Positions 27,508 through 36,993 of a stretch of 64,000 nt of DNA are shown piece after piece. A program made the translations under genes and the position numbers. Location of the stretch: IMG/VR virus record IMGVR_UViG_3300014257_000015, positions 41,430-105,429 of that record; one strand, given 5' to 3'. This stretch comes from a virus. Positions within the stretch are counted from its first letter, which is position 1. Every line of letters begins with the position of its first letter. Under the pieces are notes generated by a model, which was not told where the DNA came from, did not search any database, and was given only the letters and a program-made list of their open reading frames with translations.

Positions 27508-27867
27508 ATGAAAGAAAAACCAACCATATTGATTGTTGACGATGATCCAACACTCGCGCGCACTTACGCTCGGATGTTCAGGAAACAGTTCACAGTAATC
27601 ACATCCAGCGATGTGAACGAGGCAGTGGCGTTGTTACGAGGCGGTGACATCGACATCTGCACTTCGGATTGGCGGATGCCAAACGGCGGTGGCCGAGCAA
27701 TCATTGATGTGGCATCAGTGCCCGTTGTTTTGGTCACGGGAAGCTCCGAAGACCTCACATTGGAAGATAAATTGAAGGTGTCGGCAATTGTCGATAAACC
27801 GTGCAACGCAGACGAATTGATGGGTGCGGTGTTTGCGTCCTTGTTGCTTCCTCGGGATGTGGGATGA
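27508..27867 (+). CDS. Stand-alone response regulator receiver domain
   Basis: ILIVDDD, SDWRMP (phospho-Asp), VTG, DKP. Confidence 0.88.
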   Translation: MKEKPTILIVDDDPTLARTYARMFRKQFTVITSSDVNEAVALLRGGDIDICTSDWRMPNGGGRAIIDVASVPVVLVTGSSEDLTLEDKLKVSAIVDKPCNADELMGAVFASLLLPRDVG

Positions 27868-28256
27868 CAAGGAAGACTTGGGGCCAGTCGCTTGTTCTCC
27901 TTGTGGTTGATGATCACGAGGAGATCTTGCGAACGCAAAAGGCGTTGTTGTCCCAAGAATTCGGCCTTGTGCTGACAGCGGCGACTGTGAAAGATGCTTT
28001 GGGATTACTCGCCCGAGCGCACATCGATATCGTGTTATGTGATTGGAATTTACCGGATGGCGTTGGGGCCGAAGTTGCTGGTGCTACTGAACGCCCCGTC
28101 GTCATCCACACAGGCGGATTCGAGGCCCTCCAGCCGTCCGAGATGGATCAGATTAGGCGAGCGGCTGGAGTGGTGGAGAAACCGACATCAAGGCGCGCTA
28201 TGATTAAAGCGCTGCGTGAAGCCTACGAGCTTCGCAAAAGGAGCACAGAATGTTGA
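27864..28256 (+). CDS. Stand-alone response regulator receiver domain
   Basis: LVVDDH, CDWNLPDG, HTG, EKP. Confidence 0.88.
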   Translation: MTRKTWGQSLVLLVVDDHEEILRTQKALLSQEFGLVLTAATVKDALGLLARAHIDIVLCDWNLPDGVGAEVAGATERPVVIHTGGFEALQPSEMDQIRRAAGVVEKPTSRRAMIKALREAYELRKRSTEC

Positions 28257-28756
28257 CACGCTTGATCACAATTTTGATGCTAGTGGCATCCGGTTGTTCT
28301 GCTCCAGAGGGTTGGACCATCGACCCCGGCCCGTACACGGTCGACCAGTTTCTGGCAACAGCGGACATCGTCCTGTCGCGTGCTGAGGAGGAATTCCCCG
28401 GCGTGCGTGAAAAGGTTGAAGCCGAATCTCTCGACATTCGCGTTTTGCCGATGGACGAAACATTCATGCTTTGTCGCCAAGCCGCGAACACCGTAGGTTG
28501 TCGTATTCCAACACAACCCACTCCGATGTTGGTTATAGGCGTGCAACAAGATCCGTGTGGCGCCTTCACCAATTTTGCGCACGAATTGGAACACCAAATA
28601 CTCCGCACGCTCGGGAAAAACAGCGAGAGCAGCGAACACAAATACCCATATTTTGCATATTATTATTCCGATTCAATTCCATCGACAGCACCGGCTTCGA
28701 TCGATGAGTTGAATGCCGCTGATGTTACGGAACAAATCTGCGACTTCAGCGAATAA
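28250..28756 (+). CDS. Putative lipoprotein with HExxH motif
   Basis: Signal peptide ending ASGC; FAHELEH. Confidence 0.6.
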   Translation: MLTRLITILMLVASGCSAPEGWTIDPGPYTVDQFLATADIVLSRAEEEFPGVREKVEAESLDIRVLPMDETFMLCRQAANTVGCRIPTQPTPMLVIGVQQDPCGAFTNFAHELEHQILRTLGKNSESSEHKYPYFAYYYSDSIPSTAPASIDELNAADVTEQICDFSE

Positions 28757-28797
28757 GGGTGAATTCACAAAGTACACGAAAGCAGGAGAACCGGCCC

Positions 28798-29364
28798 ATG
28801 TTTAAAGCAAACGATCACTTCCGAAGCGCAGCAACAACTGTGAGAAACGCTCCCAGCCCGAGTGCAGGGAAGTTTACGTTTGATTCAAAAAACGTGACAG
28901 GGTTGTTTGACGCCGCGCGTGCACAAGCGGGCGTTGAAAATGTTCGACCGTCCACCAGACAAGAGTTCAAGCACTCCACAGACGCATCATCTGTTTGCGA
29001 GGATAACCGCGAAACTCATTCCAAAGCAATGGCCCAACAAACCAGGATGCAAAAGCTTTTGGAATCAATTGCTGCCTCTCAAAAGCGCAAAGAAGAGGAG
29101 CAGCGACGGCGGATTGTATCGTCCACCACTCCGACTGAAGTGGCTGGAATAAAAATGGCCATCGAGCCATTGAAGAGCAAAGATCGATGCGATTTAGATG
29201 CGGACACAGAAAACGCTATTGCCTTGCTGTGTGAACTTTCTAGTGCACACTCCCAAGCATCTGAATCCATCCAGAACATCGTTGATTTGAAAAATCATCT
29301 CAATGAGGTTCTGATTGCGTTGAAAGAGATCGATGGATTGTTCAGCCTGAATCTCAAATGGTGA
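28798..29364 (+). CDS. Hypothetical protein
   Basis: GGAGAACCGGCCC-ATG. Confidence 0.6.
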   Translation: MFKANDHFRSAATTVRNAPSPSAGKFTFDSKNVTGLFDAARAQAGVENVRPSTRQEFKHSTDASSVCEDNRETHSKAMAQQTRMQKLLESIAASQKRKEEEQRRRIVSSTTPTEVAGIKMAIEPLKSKDRCDLDADTENAIALLCELSSAHSQASESIQNIVDLKNHLNEVLIALKEIDGLFSLNLKW

Positions 29365-29374
29365 ATGTGAAGGG

Positions 29375-29403
29375 CTAAACGATTCGAGAGAAAGAGCCGT
29401 ATT
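29375..29403 (+). promoter_or_regulatory. Candidate ECF-type promoter
   Basis: CTAAAC-N17-CGTATT followed by GGAAGAAAAGGAGAACCGGC, as at 27458. Confidence 0.5.
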
Positions 29404-29424
29404 GGAAGAAAAGGAGAACCGGCC

Positions 29425-29772
29425 ATGTTAACAGAGCACCAATTCATTCTTGACACCGTCCACCAAGACCCAGAAACCAAACAATCATACAAGATTGTGT
29501 GGGAAGAGAAGATTCAAGGCGGAAAAGATGTTGAACGCCGTGTGGCAGTCGAAGAGATGGTTGTAGATGAAAGCAAGGGAACTGCTAAGTATCGCGTGAT
29601 CACCGCTACGTGCTCATTGGATTGTGCAGCACCAAAATGGGCGCCAAGAACAAATTGGAAGGACACCTACGAGGCGGCGTTGGAACGCGCACAAGCTGTG
29701 TATTCTTGGAATTGTGATTACGCCCACGAACATGGATACAAGACGCCTTGCGAAATCATCGCAGGCAAATAG
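29425..29772 (+). CDS. Hypothetical protein
   Basis: GGAGAACCGGCC-ATG. Confidence 0.65.
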   Translation: MLTEHQFILDTVHQDPETKQSYKIVWEEKIQGGKDVERRVAVEEMVVDESKGTAKYRVITATCSLDCAAPKWAPRTNWKDTYEAALERAQAVYSWNCDYAHEHGYKTPCEIIAGK

Positions 29773-30056
29773 CCAACGCCAACAGCAATAGGATATGATC
29801 AAAATAGAAAGGGGCATCAATCATGAAGGGTAAATACCACACAGCGCACATTGAACACAATGGGACGACATACGAAGGGCACGGGAAGAGCGAAAAGGCT
29901 GCTTTGAAAAGTGCTTACGACAGGATGGCGAAGGCTTTAGGGGCCGATGTACCAAAGATGGAAGATTTGACTGAACATGTTGTGGAGGAGAAATTTGGCC
30001 AATTGCCTCGAACCTTGAAGCGGTAGGCGGTTGGAAGATGGATCCAAGCATCAAGA

Positions 30057-30719
30057 TTGGAACAAGTAGTAACAATGCGGTCGAACGAGTTCCGGGGTGT
30101 GAAAATTCACGAAGTGAAGAGGTTGTTGAAGGGCGGATTGCTTTTGCTCCTTGGGATTTCGTTTTCGTTGATGCTTCAAATTTGGTTGCACCCAATCTTA
30201 GTTTCATTGGGAATAGTGGCACAGATTTCGATGTATGTCGTGGCAGCATCGAAGCAATGGAGGCTGTGGTTTTTGCGCCCAACTTTTTTCACACGTCGAG
30301 GGGTTGCTGTTTGGACAAACGGGCTGCCGGTGACGAAAGGTGCGATGGAGATGGCCGAAGAACGTTTCATCTCAGTACTTACTCGCGAGGCATCGCAATT
30401 CGTGACCGAGGGCGAGCTTTGGATGATGTTGCGCCACACTGGAATCGAGTGGACGAAAAAAGCAGTCCATGTGGACACTGGCTGTCACGATGTTTGGGAT
30501 CAATATGGGATTCAGCACGGGTATCGTTTGGAAATTCGTTGGTCAGGGACGGTGTTGGAATCCCCGTTGTATCATGAGCTTCTTCACGAGGTGAACGAAA
30601 CGATCAGGCTACCAAAAATACAGCAAGCATTCGAACGTGCCTGCTTTCGAGAGCAGGATTGCCGCCACAGCGAAACAGATTGGTGGAAATTGGAGAAGAC
30701 GCTGATGGGCGTCTTTTGA
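30057..30719 (+). CDS. Membrane protein with HExxH motif
   Basis: Two hydrophobic segments; YHELLHE; start uncertain. Confidence 0.55.
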   Translation: MEQVVTMRSNEFRGVKIHEVKRLLKGGLLLLLGISFSLMLQIWLHPILVSLGIVAQISMYVVAASKQWRLWFLRPTFFTRRGVAVWTNGLPVTKGAMEMAEERFISVLTREASQFVTEGELWMMLRHTGIEWTKKAVHVDTGCHDVWDQYGIQHGYRLEIRWSGTVLESPLYHELLHEVNETIRLPKIQQAFERACFREQDCRHSETDWWKLEKTLMGVF

Positions 30720-30731
30720 GAGGAATCGGCC

Positions 30732-31415
30732 ATGAAATCTAGAAACAAAGACACACATCCAGCCTACGGGGCAGCAGTATTCAGCCGAGCACAAGGGCAC
30801 CCTGGGAAGCTATTTGGCAGTAATTTGAAAACACACAACAGCTTTGTGATACTCACGATCAAAGAGGCTGAGCAATACCACGACGAAGGCCGGGATTGGA
30901 TACACCCTAGAAAAGAGTTGGCGCGTGTGTATTTCAGCGCCGCCCAATTTGCGCAACTAATCACCACGATGAACGTGGGTGACGGAACCCCTTGTACAAT
31001 CAAGTACATGAACGGCGAGATTCCCGAGGCGCCAGACAACGAGACAGAGCACGAACGTTGTTATGATGGGTTCGAAGAGAAGGTGCACGAAATACACGCT
31101 GATGTTGAAGCGAATGTGAAAGAGCTTCAAGAGATGTTGGACACGAAACCAACGATTACAAAAACCGATAGGGCTAAGATCTCAGAGTTGCTTAGAACCA
31201 TCCAAAGGGAAATGAAGCTCAACATACCATACCACATCGAAGCCTTCCAGGAAGCGGTTGAGAAAACGACGCAGCAAGCCAAGGCTGAGATTGATGCCAC
31301 ATTCACAACAGCCATACAGAAGGCTGGGGTGAAGGCAATTCGCGATAGTAGCGAGGCGATAGACGCGAAGTCTGCTCGGATTTGGAAGGCATTGGATGAC
31401 GGAAAAGACGAATGA
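30732..31415 (+). CDS. Phage hypothetical protein
   Basis: GGAATCGGCC-ATG; HPAYG..SR..G..LFGS motif, coiled C-terminus. Confidence 0.65.
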   Translation: MKSRNKDTHPAYGAAVFSRAQGHPGKLFGSNLKTHNSFVILTIKEAEQYHDEGRDWIHPRKELARVYFSAAQFAQLITTMNVGDGTPCTIKYMNGEIPEAPDNETEHERCYDGFEEKVHEIHADVEANVKELQEMLDTKPTITKTDRAKISELLRTIQREMKLNIPYHIEAFQEAVEKTTQQAKAEIDATFTTAIQKAGVKAIRDSSEAIDAKSARIWKALDDGKDE

Positions 31416-32017
31416 TCAAGGGGAAGATCAAAGGCCGTAGCGCTACATCTGTCATCATCGATGATCCAATAGAACAACGCGGTGATGGTTTGAATTTGGC
31501 TACGTTGTCGAAGAATGGAAGACTTGTAGTTAAGGCGTGTCGAAAAATAGCCGTATCGGCGCCGGATTACTATGCGGCCTGGGCGTCAAGGGAGAAGAAA
31601 TTCATTGTTTATAGAGACCCATTCACGGAAATTCCTTCAGAAGAATACGACAAACTCAAAGACGACACTATTGATTTTGATATTTTAGAAGGTGGAAAGA
31701 GCGTTGGAAGGGATTCGGCTGGACCGACATCGGCTGACATCGTAAATCACGCGCACCTACACCTATCTGGTCAGCCGTTGCGTGGCCTAGGGTTGATAGG
31801 GAAGGTGACGAAGATTCATTCTTTAGATGCGTACAAGGCTGAATGCTTCGAAGGCATTATTAGTTGTACAATTGGTTATTTTGATCGCGATGGTGATTTT
31901 ATAGACGAGGTGTTACCATCCCACCCAATCGAAGAAGCGCCAATAACAATGACGATCGATGAATTCAGGGATTGGGTTTTCAACGGTTCATTGGCGAAAA
32001 ATGATAGAACAACATGA
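31412..32017 (+). CDS. Hypothetical protein, paralog 1
   Basis: Aligns with the next ORF (DGLN.ATLSKN.RLVV.ACRKIA..APDYYA). Confidence 0.7.
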   Translation: MIKGKIKGRSATSVIIDDPIEQRGDGLNLATLSKNGRLVVKACRKIAVSAPDYYAAWASREKKFIVYRDPFTEIPSEEYDKLKDDTIDFDILEGGKSVGRDSAGPTSADIVNHAHLHLSGQPLRGLGLIGKVTKIHSLDAYKAECFEGIISCTIGYFDRDGDFIDEVLPSHPIEEAPITMTIDEFRDWVFNGSLAKNDRTT

Positions 32018-32633
32018 CGATGGATTGAATATGGCGACGTTATCCAAGAACGAAAGGCTTGTAGTCGATGCGTGTAGAAAGATAGCAACGACCGCACCTG
32101 ATTACTACGCAACAAAGGACAACCTAGAATTCGTTTTGTTCAGAGATCCATTCACAGAAATACCTTCAGGAGAATACACAACGCTCAAGGATGGCGTCGT
32201 TGAGTTTGATGTATTGGAGGACGGGAAAAGCATTGGGAGACAGCGCGAGTTGCAACAGTGTGATATCGTGAACCACATCCCGAAACATCTTTCTGGTCGA
32301 AGCCTACGCGTATTGTCCATGATAATAGGGAAGGTGACTAAGATGCACCCATTTGGTGTATACAAAGCAGAATGCTATGAACGAGATATCCCTTGTACGA
32401 TTGGTTTTTTCGATTCCAATGGTGATTTCATGCACGAGACGCAACCGCCGGAAGTGAATGGTGAAGCGCCGTTAACGATGACAATTGAAGCGCCGTTAAC
32501 GATGACAATTGATGAGTTGAGGAATTGGGTTTCCAAAGGCGCCCTAACTACGGGTGGGGCGTCCAGGATGCTTGCTGATTCTGTGTTGGCAACTGCTGGC
32601 TGGGCAGCCAAGAAGAAAAGGATGCCAAAATGA
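32014..32633 (+). CDS. Hypothetical protein, paralog 2 (start approximate)
   Basis: Tandem paralog with an internal 24-bp duplication (EAPLTMTI twice). Confidence 0.65.
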
Positions 32634-32923
32634 ATAATCACAGACGACCTCGGAACAGAGAAGAAGCGTTGAAGAGATTCGATGGCCAATTTGGAATGAA
32701 TACGACATCGAAAGACAACGTTGATTCAAAGTTTTTGGTCTGGTTTGAAGCCCAATTTGGGCCAGAACCTTTGCCTGGCGTAACAATTTTTGATTTGTTT
32801 GAACGGATAGCGTCTATGGCTGCCGAAGAGTTGCGTGTGAAACAGCAATTGGAGCGAAAGGAACTTTGGGAAGCGCATCGCGATGCTGCATTAAAGGCCT
32901 GGTGCGCAAAGCGCTCAGCTTGA
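32630..32923 (+). CDS. Hypothetical protein
   Basis: Translationally coupled ORF. Confidence 0.5.
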   Translation: MNNHRRPRNREEALKRFDGQFGMNTTSKDNVDSKFLVWFEAQFGPEPLPGVTIFDLFERIASMAAEELRVKQQLERKELWEAHRDAALKAWCAKRSA

Positions 32924-33137
32924 ATTGGTGAATTACCAATAGAGTTATCATGGTGCTAGTAGGCACAAGAACATGGAGGGTTGGGATGAAAAAGCACGTG
33001 TTGTACTATGCGCAGCAAGACGAGGAGTTGGAGCAGCGCAAGCTCGAAGCTATGACGGTGGCCGAGGCTAAGATTGTGATGTTGATTTTGGTGGTGATGG
33101 TTGCCGTCGTTGTATGGATTGGATTAGCAGTTTGATG

Positions 33138-33230
33138 TTGCCCGCAATTCGGCGGGTAAGTCGGTGATCCGTGGAAACTTTGATGTTTATAAGGTCTCAC
33201 GCCAGCACGTTGGATAAGCGGATCGCCGAC
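33138..33230 (+). other. Structured intergenic element (hairpin plus 12-bp closing stem)
   Basis: TTGCCCGC/GCGGGTAA; GTCGGTGATCCG 33160-33171 pairs with CGGATCGCCGAC 33219-33230. Confidence 0.5.
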
Positions 33231-33250
33231 ACAAACGAGGAGAACCGGCC

Positions 33251-33454
33251 ATGATAGAACCAAAGCAGAAGAAAGACAGGGTGGAAAATCTCCATTATAA
33301 GGTGGTTTTGAGCGAGGAAGATCTTTTCACGCTGAGCCAATCAAAGCTTGAACCGAATGCACAATTGGTCGTGCAAAAAATACTTCAAACCGCGATTGAG
33401 ACCAAACGCATCACGCTGAAGCCGTTCAAAGAATCGGTGCTAGGCGAGAAGTGA
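33251..33454 (+). CDS. Small hypothetical protein
   Basis: GGAGAACCGGCC-ATG. Confidence 0.6.
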   Translation: MIEPKQKKDRVENLHYKVVLSEEDLFTLSQSKLEPNAQLVVQKILQTAIETKRITLKPFKESVLGEK

Positions 33455-33846
33455 TGGCGCGGCGCAATTGTTGTAATGGTGATTGTTGTCGACGTTTTAC
33501 AATTCCGTATTCTCCTGATGAAATTGCTGAGAACTATCGCGCTTGGCAGGCGTGTGAATTGAATGGGGATCAAGGAGAAGACCGCCTTGGACACCGTATC
33601 GTTGAAGAGATTTGGCTGATTGCTCCGATGCTTCGATACATCGGGGAAAGAAACACAACACCGGCCGGGAAGAAACTAGATTCCCCGTGCCATTGGTACA
33701 CGTGTGTACACTTTGATGGGAAAGATTGCGGCATTTACAAGATTAGACCAAAGATGTGTCGTGATTACCCATATGGTCGAAAGTGCCAATATCCTGGATG
33801 TCGACACACGAACAGGAAACGCCGCGAAGCTCGATGCGTTGGATGA
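33451..33846 (+). CDS. YkgJ-family Cys-rich Zn/Fe-chelating protein
   Basis: CC.GDCC...C....C.IY..RP..CRDYP. Confidence 0.75.
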   Translation: MMARRNCCNGDCCRRFTIPYSPDEIAENYRAWQACELNGDQGEDRLGHRIVEEIWLIAPMLRYIGERNTTPAGKKLDSPCHWYTCVHFDGKDCGIYKIRPKMCRDYPYGRKCQYPGCRHTNRKRREARCVG

Positions 33847-34607
33847 AAGGAACGAAAATGGCCTGGATCGATATTCTGGAAAAACACATCAAAGCGCTGG
33901 AGCAGGCTGATTTCCCGCCTAATTCCATCTGCCAGCACACTGGTGTAACGATAGAGGGCATGAGGCTGGAAGCGTGGGTTGGAATTGTGATTTGCGGTGC
34001 TAGTCTGACCATCACTATGTATGGTAAAAAACCACGAGCAAAAATGGTGTTTGATGATTGGAGAGAAAAGATTGAATCTAGAATAGGGAAAGTGATGCAT
34101 TCGTGGAATGGGGAAGAGGGCTGCGCTGGCGTCACTTTTGTTCTGGATAGAATAGCGCCAATTGATTTCTTCTTGGCAATAGAACGATATAGGTCGATAA
34201 AGGATGTTTTCAACCTAACACCAAAAGAGAAAGAAGGCTTCGAGGAGTTCAATAGAGCTTGGTTGGCATCGATAAAAAGGCAGGGGATTGGAATCAAATC
34301 GCCGAAGAAATCTTGCAAAATCAAATTTAAGATGAAGGTTGATGCGTTGATTGGCGAAATTTGGGATGCTGAGATGATGATAGCCGGGGACACGTGGAAG
34401 GTGTTGACGGATTCGAGGATTGCCAGGTTGGAATTCAGAGCGGGTGGTGAAAACCGTTCCGCCAAGTCATCCCTCTACAAAGCAGGCGATATGGTCCAAT
34501 TGTTGAATTTGATTGAACGTACGTTGGCAAAAATGAAGCCTAACTCGTTGACTACCGAACAATCCAAACGTCATCGCCAAGCCAAATCCAAATGGACACG
34601 TCCATGA
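33843..34607 (+). CDS. Hypothetical protein
   Basis: Long + strand ORF; start approximate. Confidence 0.55.
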   Translation: MKGTKMAWIDILEKHIKALEQADFPPNSICQHTGVTIEGMRLEAWVGIVICGASLTITMYGKKPRAKMVFDDWREKIESRIGKVMHSWNGEEGCAGVTFVLDRIAPIDFFLAIERYRSIKDVFNLTPKEKEGFEEFNRAWLASIKRQGIGIKSPKKSCKIKFKMKVDALIGEIWDAEMMIAGDTWKVLTDSRIARLEFRAGGENRSAKSSLYKAGDMVQLLNLIERTLAKMKPNSLTTEQSKRHRQAKSKWTRP

Positions 34608-34867
34608 AGGGGAAGTCGATGAACAAAGCAGAAATTCGCAGATTCGCTTGGCATCTATGTGCCGCTGATTTAGAGGCGCATTATGACAACGCCGAGGGGT
34701 TTGAAGTGATTGACCAAGACGTTGAGCACACTGAAGAAGAGGAGAAAGAGTTCAGAGCAACGCTGAGGAGAATAATCAATTTGTTGTATCGTTACGCAGG
34801 CGTAAAGAGGGCGCTTTGAAAAGGTACTTTCAATCCAAAAAAAAGCACCTCTGTACGTCGATTTTGG

Positions 34868-34896
34868 TCGACTTCCAATTCAATTGGAGCTAGAAT
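34868..34896 (+). promoter_or_regulatory. Sigma70-type early promoter (repeat family)
   Basis: TCGACT-TCCAATTCAATTGGAGC-TAGAAT; about 50 bp upstream also match 25979-26027. Confidence 0.8.
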
Positions 34897-34929
34897 CATA
34901 ATATAACGAAACGAACGAAGGAACCGGCC

Positions 34930-35544
34930 ATGACAGTACGAATCGAAAAATCCAACGGTAAGTTGATTGTCAATTCCCCGTACAACCCAAATTTCGTGAA
35001 ACACGCGCGCACTCGCGGGAAATGGAACTCATCGAAGAAGGCTTGGGTGTTCGACGAGCGTGACGAAGATTGGGTGCGCGATATGTGCAAAAACGTCTAT
35101 GGCACCGACGGCTCGGACGCGAATGAACCTGGTGTAAGCGTACGCATCGAGCTTCGCGGTGAAGGCGTCGAGGCAACCGGAAACGCTGGATGGGAGTCGT
35201 TGTGCATCGACGGCATCACGCTCGTCACCAGGTCGCACCGCGATCGGCCTGTGATCTTCTCTGACAACGTCGTGTTGGTAAAGGGCGGTTTCCCGGACAG
35301 CGGCGGCTCTGTTAAGTGGCCAGCCGTCCAGCCAGATGACGGCACTGTAGTTGAGCTTCGGGACATCCCAGCTCGCAAGGCCGAGGAACTGATGGCTGCT
35401 TATCCAGAAACTGTTCGGCGTGTTGGGTCGTACCCTGGCGACGAACAGCGCGAGAAGCTGTTGGCCGAGGGGAAGCGTTGTTTGTCTCGGCTGCGCGAAA
35501 TTGAGGCGCTGTTGGGCGAGTGCATCGTGGTCGATCACGAATAG
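34930..35544 (+). CDS. Hypothetical protein
   Basis: GGAACCGGCC-ATG; SPYNP.FV...GKW....KAW motif. Confidence 0.7.
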   Translation: MTVRIEKSNGKLIVNSPYNPNFVKHARTRGKWNSSKKAWVFDERDEDWVRDMCKNVYGTDGSDANEPGVSVRIELRGEGVEATGNAGWESLCIDGITLVTRSHRDRPVIFSDNVVLVKGGFPDSGGSVKWPAVQPDDGTVVELRDIPARKAEELMAAYPETVRRVGSYPGDEQREKLLAEGKRCLSRLREIEALLGECIVVDHE

Positions 35545-35594
35545 CAGATATACAATCGCTGCCACTTAGGAACCAAACTCGCACGAGGTGAAGC

Positions 35595-35954
35595 GTGAAA
35601 ACAGACGATCAACGAGCTTCCAAAAAATTCGAGGTAGGCGATGTTGTTGTGAAGTTCCACCGCCGTGATTTCGTAATCAGAAAAGTAGCCAAGTCGCTGA
35701 AGAGGTACGTTGTTCTATCCGACGGTTCGAAATACTCGCACATCGGGGAAGAATACCCTGCCGAACGCGGCACTGTATTTTCCACCTATATTATCCCTGC
35801 AACGCCCGATCACATCGCAGTTTACAAAAAGAGAATGAGATGGAGTGGCATTGAGAAGAAATTCAACGAGTTGAAAGAGCGAAGCAGCGAGTTGAAGATG
35901 GATGTCTTGAATTCACTATTTCGAGCATTGGAAAGTGCTTCAAACAAGAGGTGA
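35595..35954 (+). CDS. Hypothetical protein
   Basis: GAGGTG RBS. Confidence 0.55.
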   Translation: MKTDDQRASKKFEVGDVVVKFHRRDFVIRKVAKSLKRYVVLSDGSKYSHIGEEYPAERGTVFSTYIIPATPDHIAVYKKRMRWSGIEKKFNELKERSSELKMDVLNSLFRALESASNKR

Positions 35955-36168
35955 CGTATGTCTGAAATGGCTCATACAAACGTGGCGTTAGATCGATGGG
36001 CGGTGACGACGGACAACGACCAATTGCGCATTGTGATTCGTCCAAACAACAAACCCGACTACACCATCACCAGCCGCTACACGCCTGGCGACTTGGATGC
36101 GTTGATATCATTTTTGGTGCGCGTAAAGGAACGATTAACCAAATAGAAACACGATTCGGAGAAATCAC

Positions 36169-36993
36169 ATGAGAGATCTTGCTGTGTTGTCTGGGGGATT
36201 TGTGTTTGCTTTTCCGAGGGCGATTTTGTCAACGTTGAATGAAAAGGTCGTTAATGGCCAATCGTTGACTACGCATTACACCCGGGGGAAACACGAGATT
36301 GAATGCAATCGATTTCGCGCATTGCTGAATTCTCGACGGAAGATCGGGGTGATTTGCATCTCGATGAAGCCTGATGAAGAAGTCCTTGCTGAGCTTCGCG
36401 CCGAGGGGATATCTGTTATACTCGTGGATGAACTGATGGAAGGGGCGTCTTCAGTTGCCGTCGACAACTATCGGGGCGGGTTCATGGTCGGTGAACACTT
36501 CGCAAAGACAGGCAGAAAACGTTTTGCTGTCGTTTGTGGTGACCGAAAGAGGAATGGGGGATTCAACGCAATTCAACGCGTACAAGGCTTCGAGGATGCG
36601 TTGAAGCGCAACGGGCTGAGTCTCGAACCCAGCCACATCATCGAGGTCATTGACTACTCGTATGGCGATGGACAGCGGGCATTGTCACAAATTTTGTCAG
36701 AAAGAATGGGCGTGGATGCCATATTCTCGGCCGCTGGAGATGATTGCGCAACGGGGATGTTGAGAACGGCACAAGACAACGGCATTAAAATACCGGATGA
36801 AATTGCGCTCGTAGGGTTCGACGATTTGGCTACGTCGCCATTTGCCACACCGGCCTTGACTACCGTTCGCCAACCTCTCGTTGAATTGGCAGAGGTGGCA
36901 TATCATCTGGCCTCTGACCCGAGCGAAAAGTTGATAAGCGCTCCTGTACGGCGCACTTTGGAACCCGTTCTGATTGTGAGAGATTCGGCATGA
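36169..36993 (+). CDS. LacI/GalR-family effector-binding domain lacking the HTH
   Basis: V.VDNY.GG...EH...G; R..GF..AL; DAIF...D..A.G; IP.EIALVGFDD; PALTTVRQP; LIVRDS. Confidence 0.88.
   Translation: MRDLAVLSGGFVFAFPRAILSTLNEKVVNGQSLTTHYTRGKHEIECNRFRALLNSRRKIGVICISMKPDEEVLAELRAEGISVILVDELMEGASSVAVDNYRGGFMVGEHFAKTGRKRFAVVCGDRKRNGGFNAIQRVQGFEDALKRNGLSLEPSHIIEVIDYSYGDGQRALSQILSERMGVDAIFSAAGDDCATGMLRTAQDNGIKIPDEIALVGFDDLATSPFATPALTTVRQPLVELAEVAYHLASDPSEKLISAPVRRTLEPVLIVRDSA

Noticed and set aside
30038-30577. 179-aa ORF overlapping the membrane HExxH gene on the same strand
   Set aside because: No recognisable features; the other frame has TM segments and a motif. Dual coding is not supported, unlike the intein case.
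33160-33230. Possible tRNA or hammerhead ribozyme
   Set aside because: No TTCGA T-loop or cloverleaf, and no CTGANGA/GAAA core in the right arrangement.
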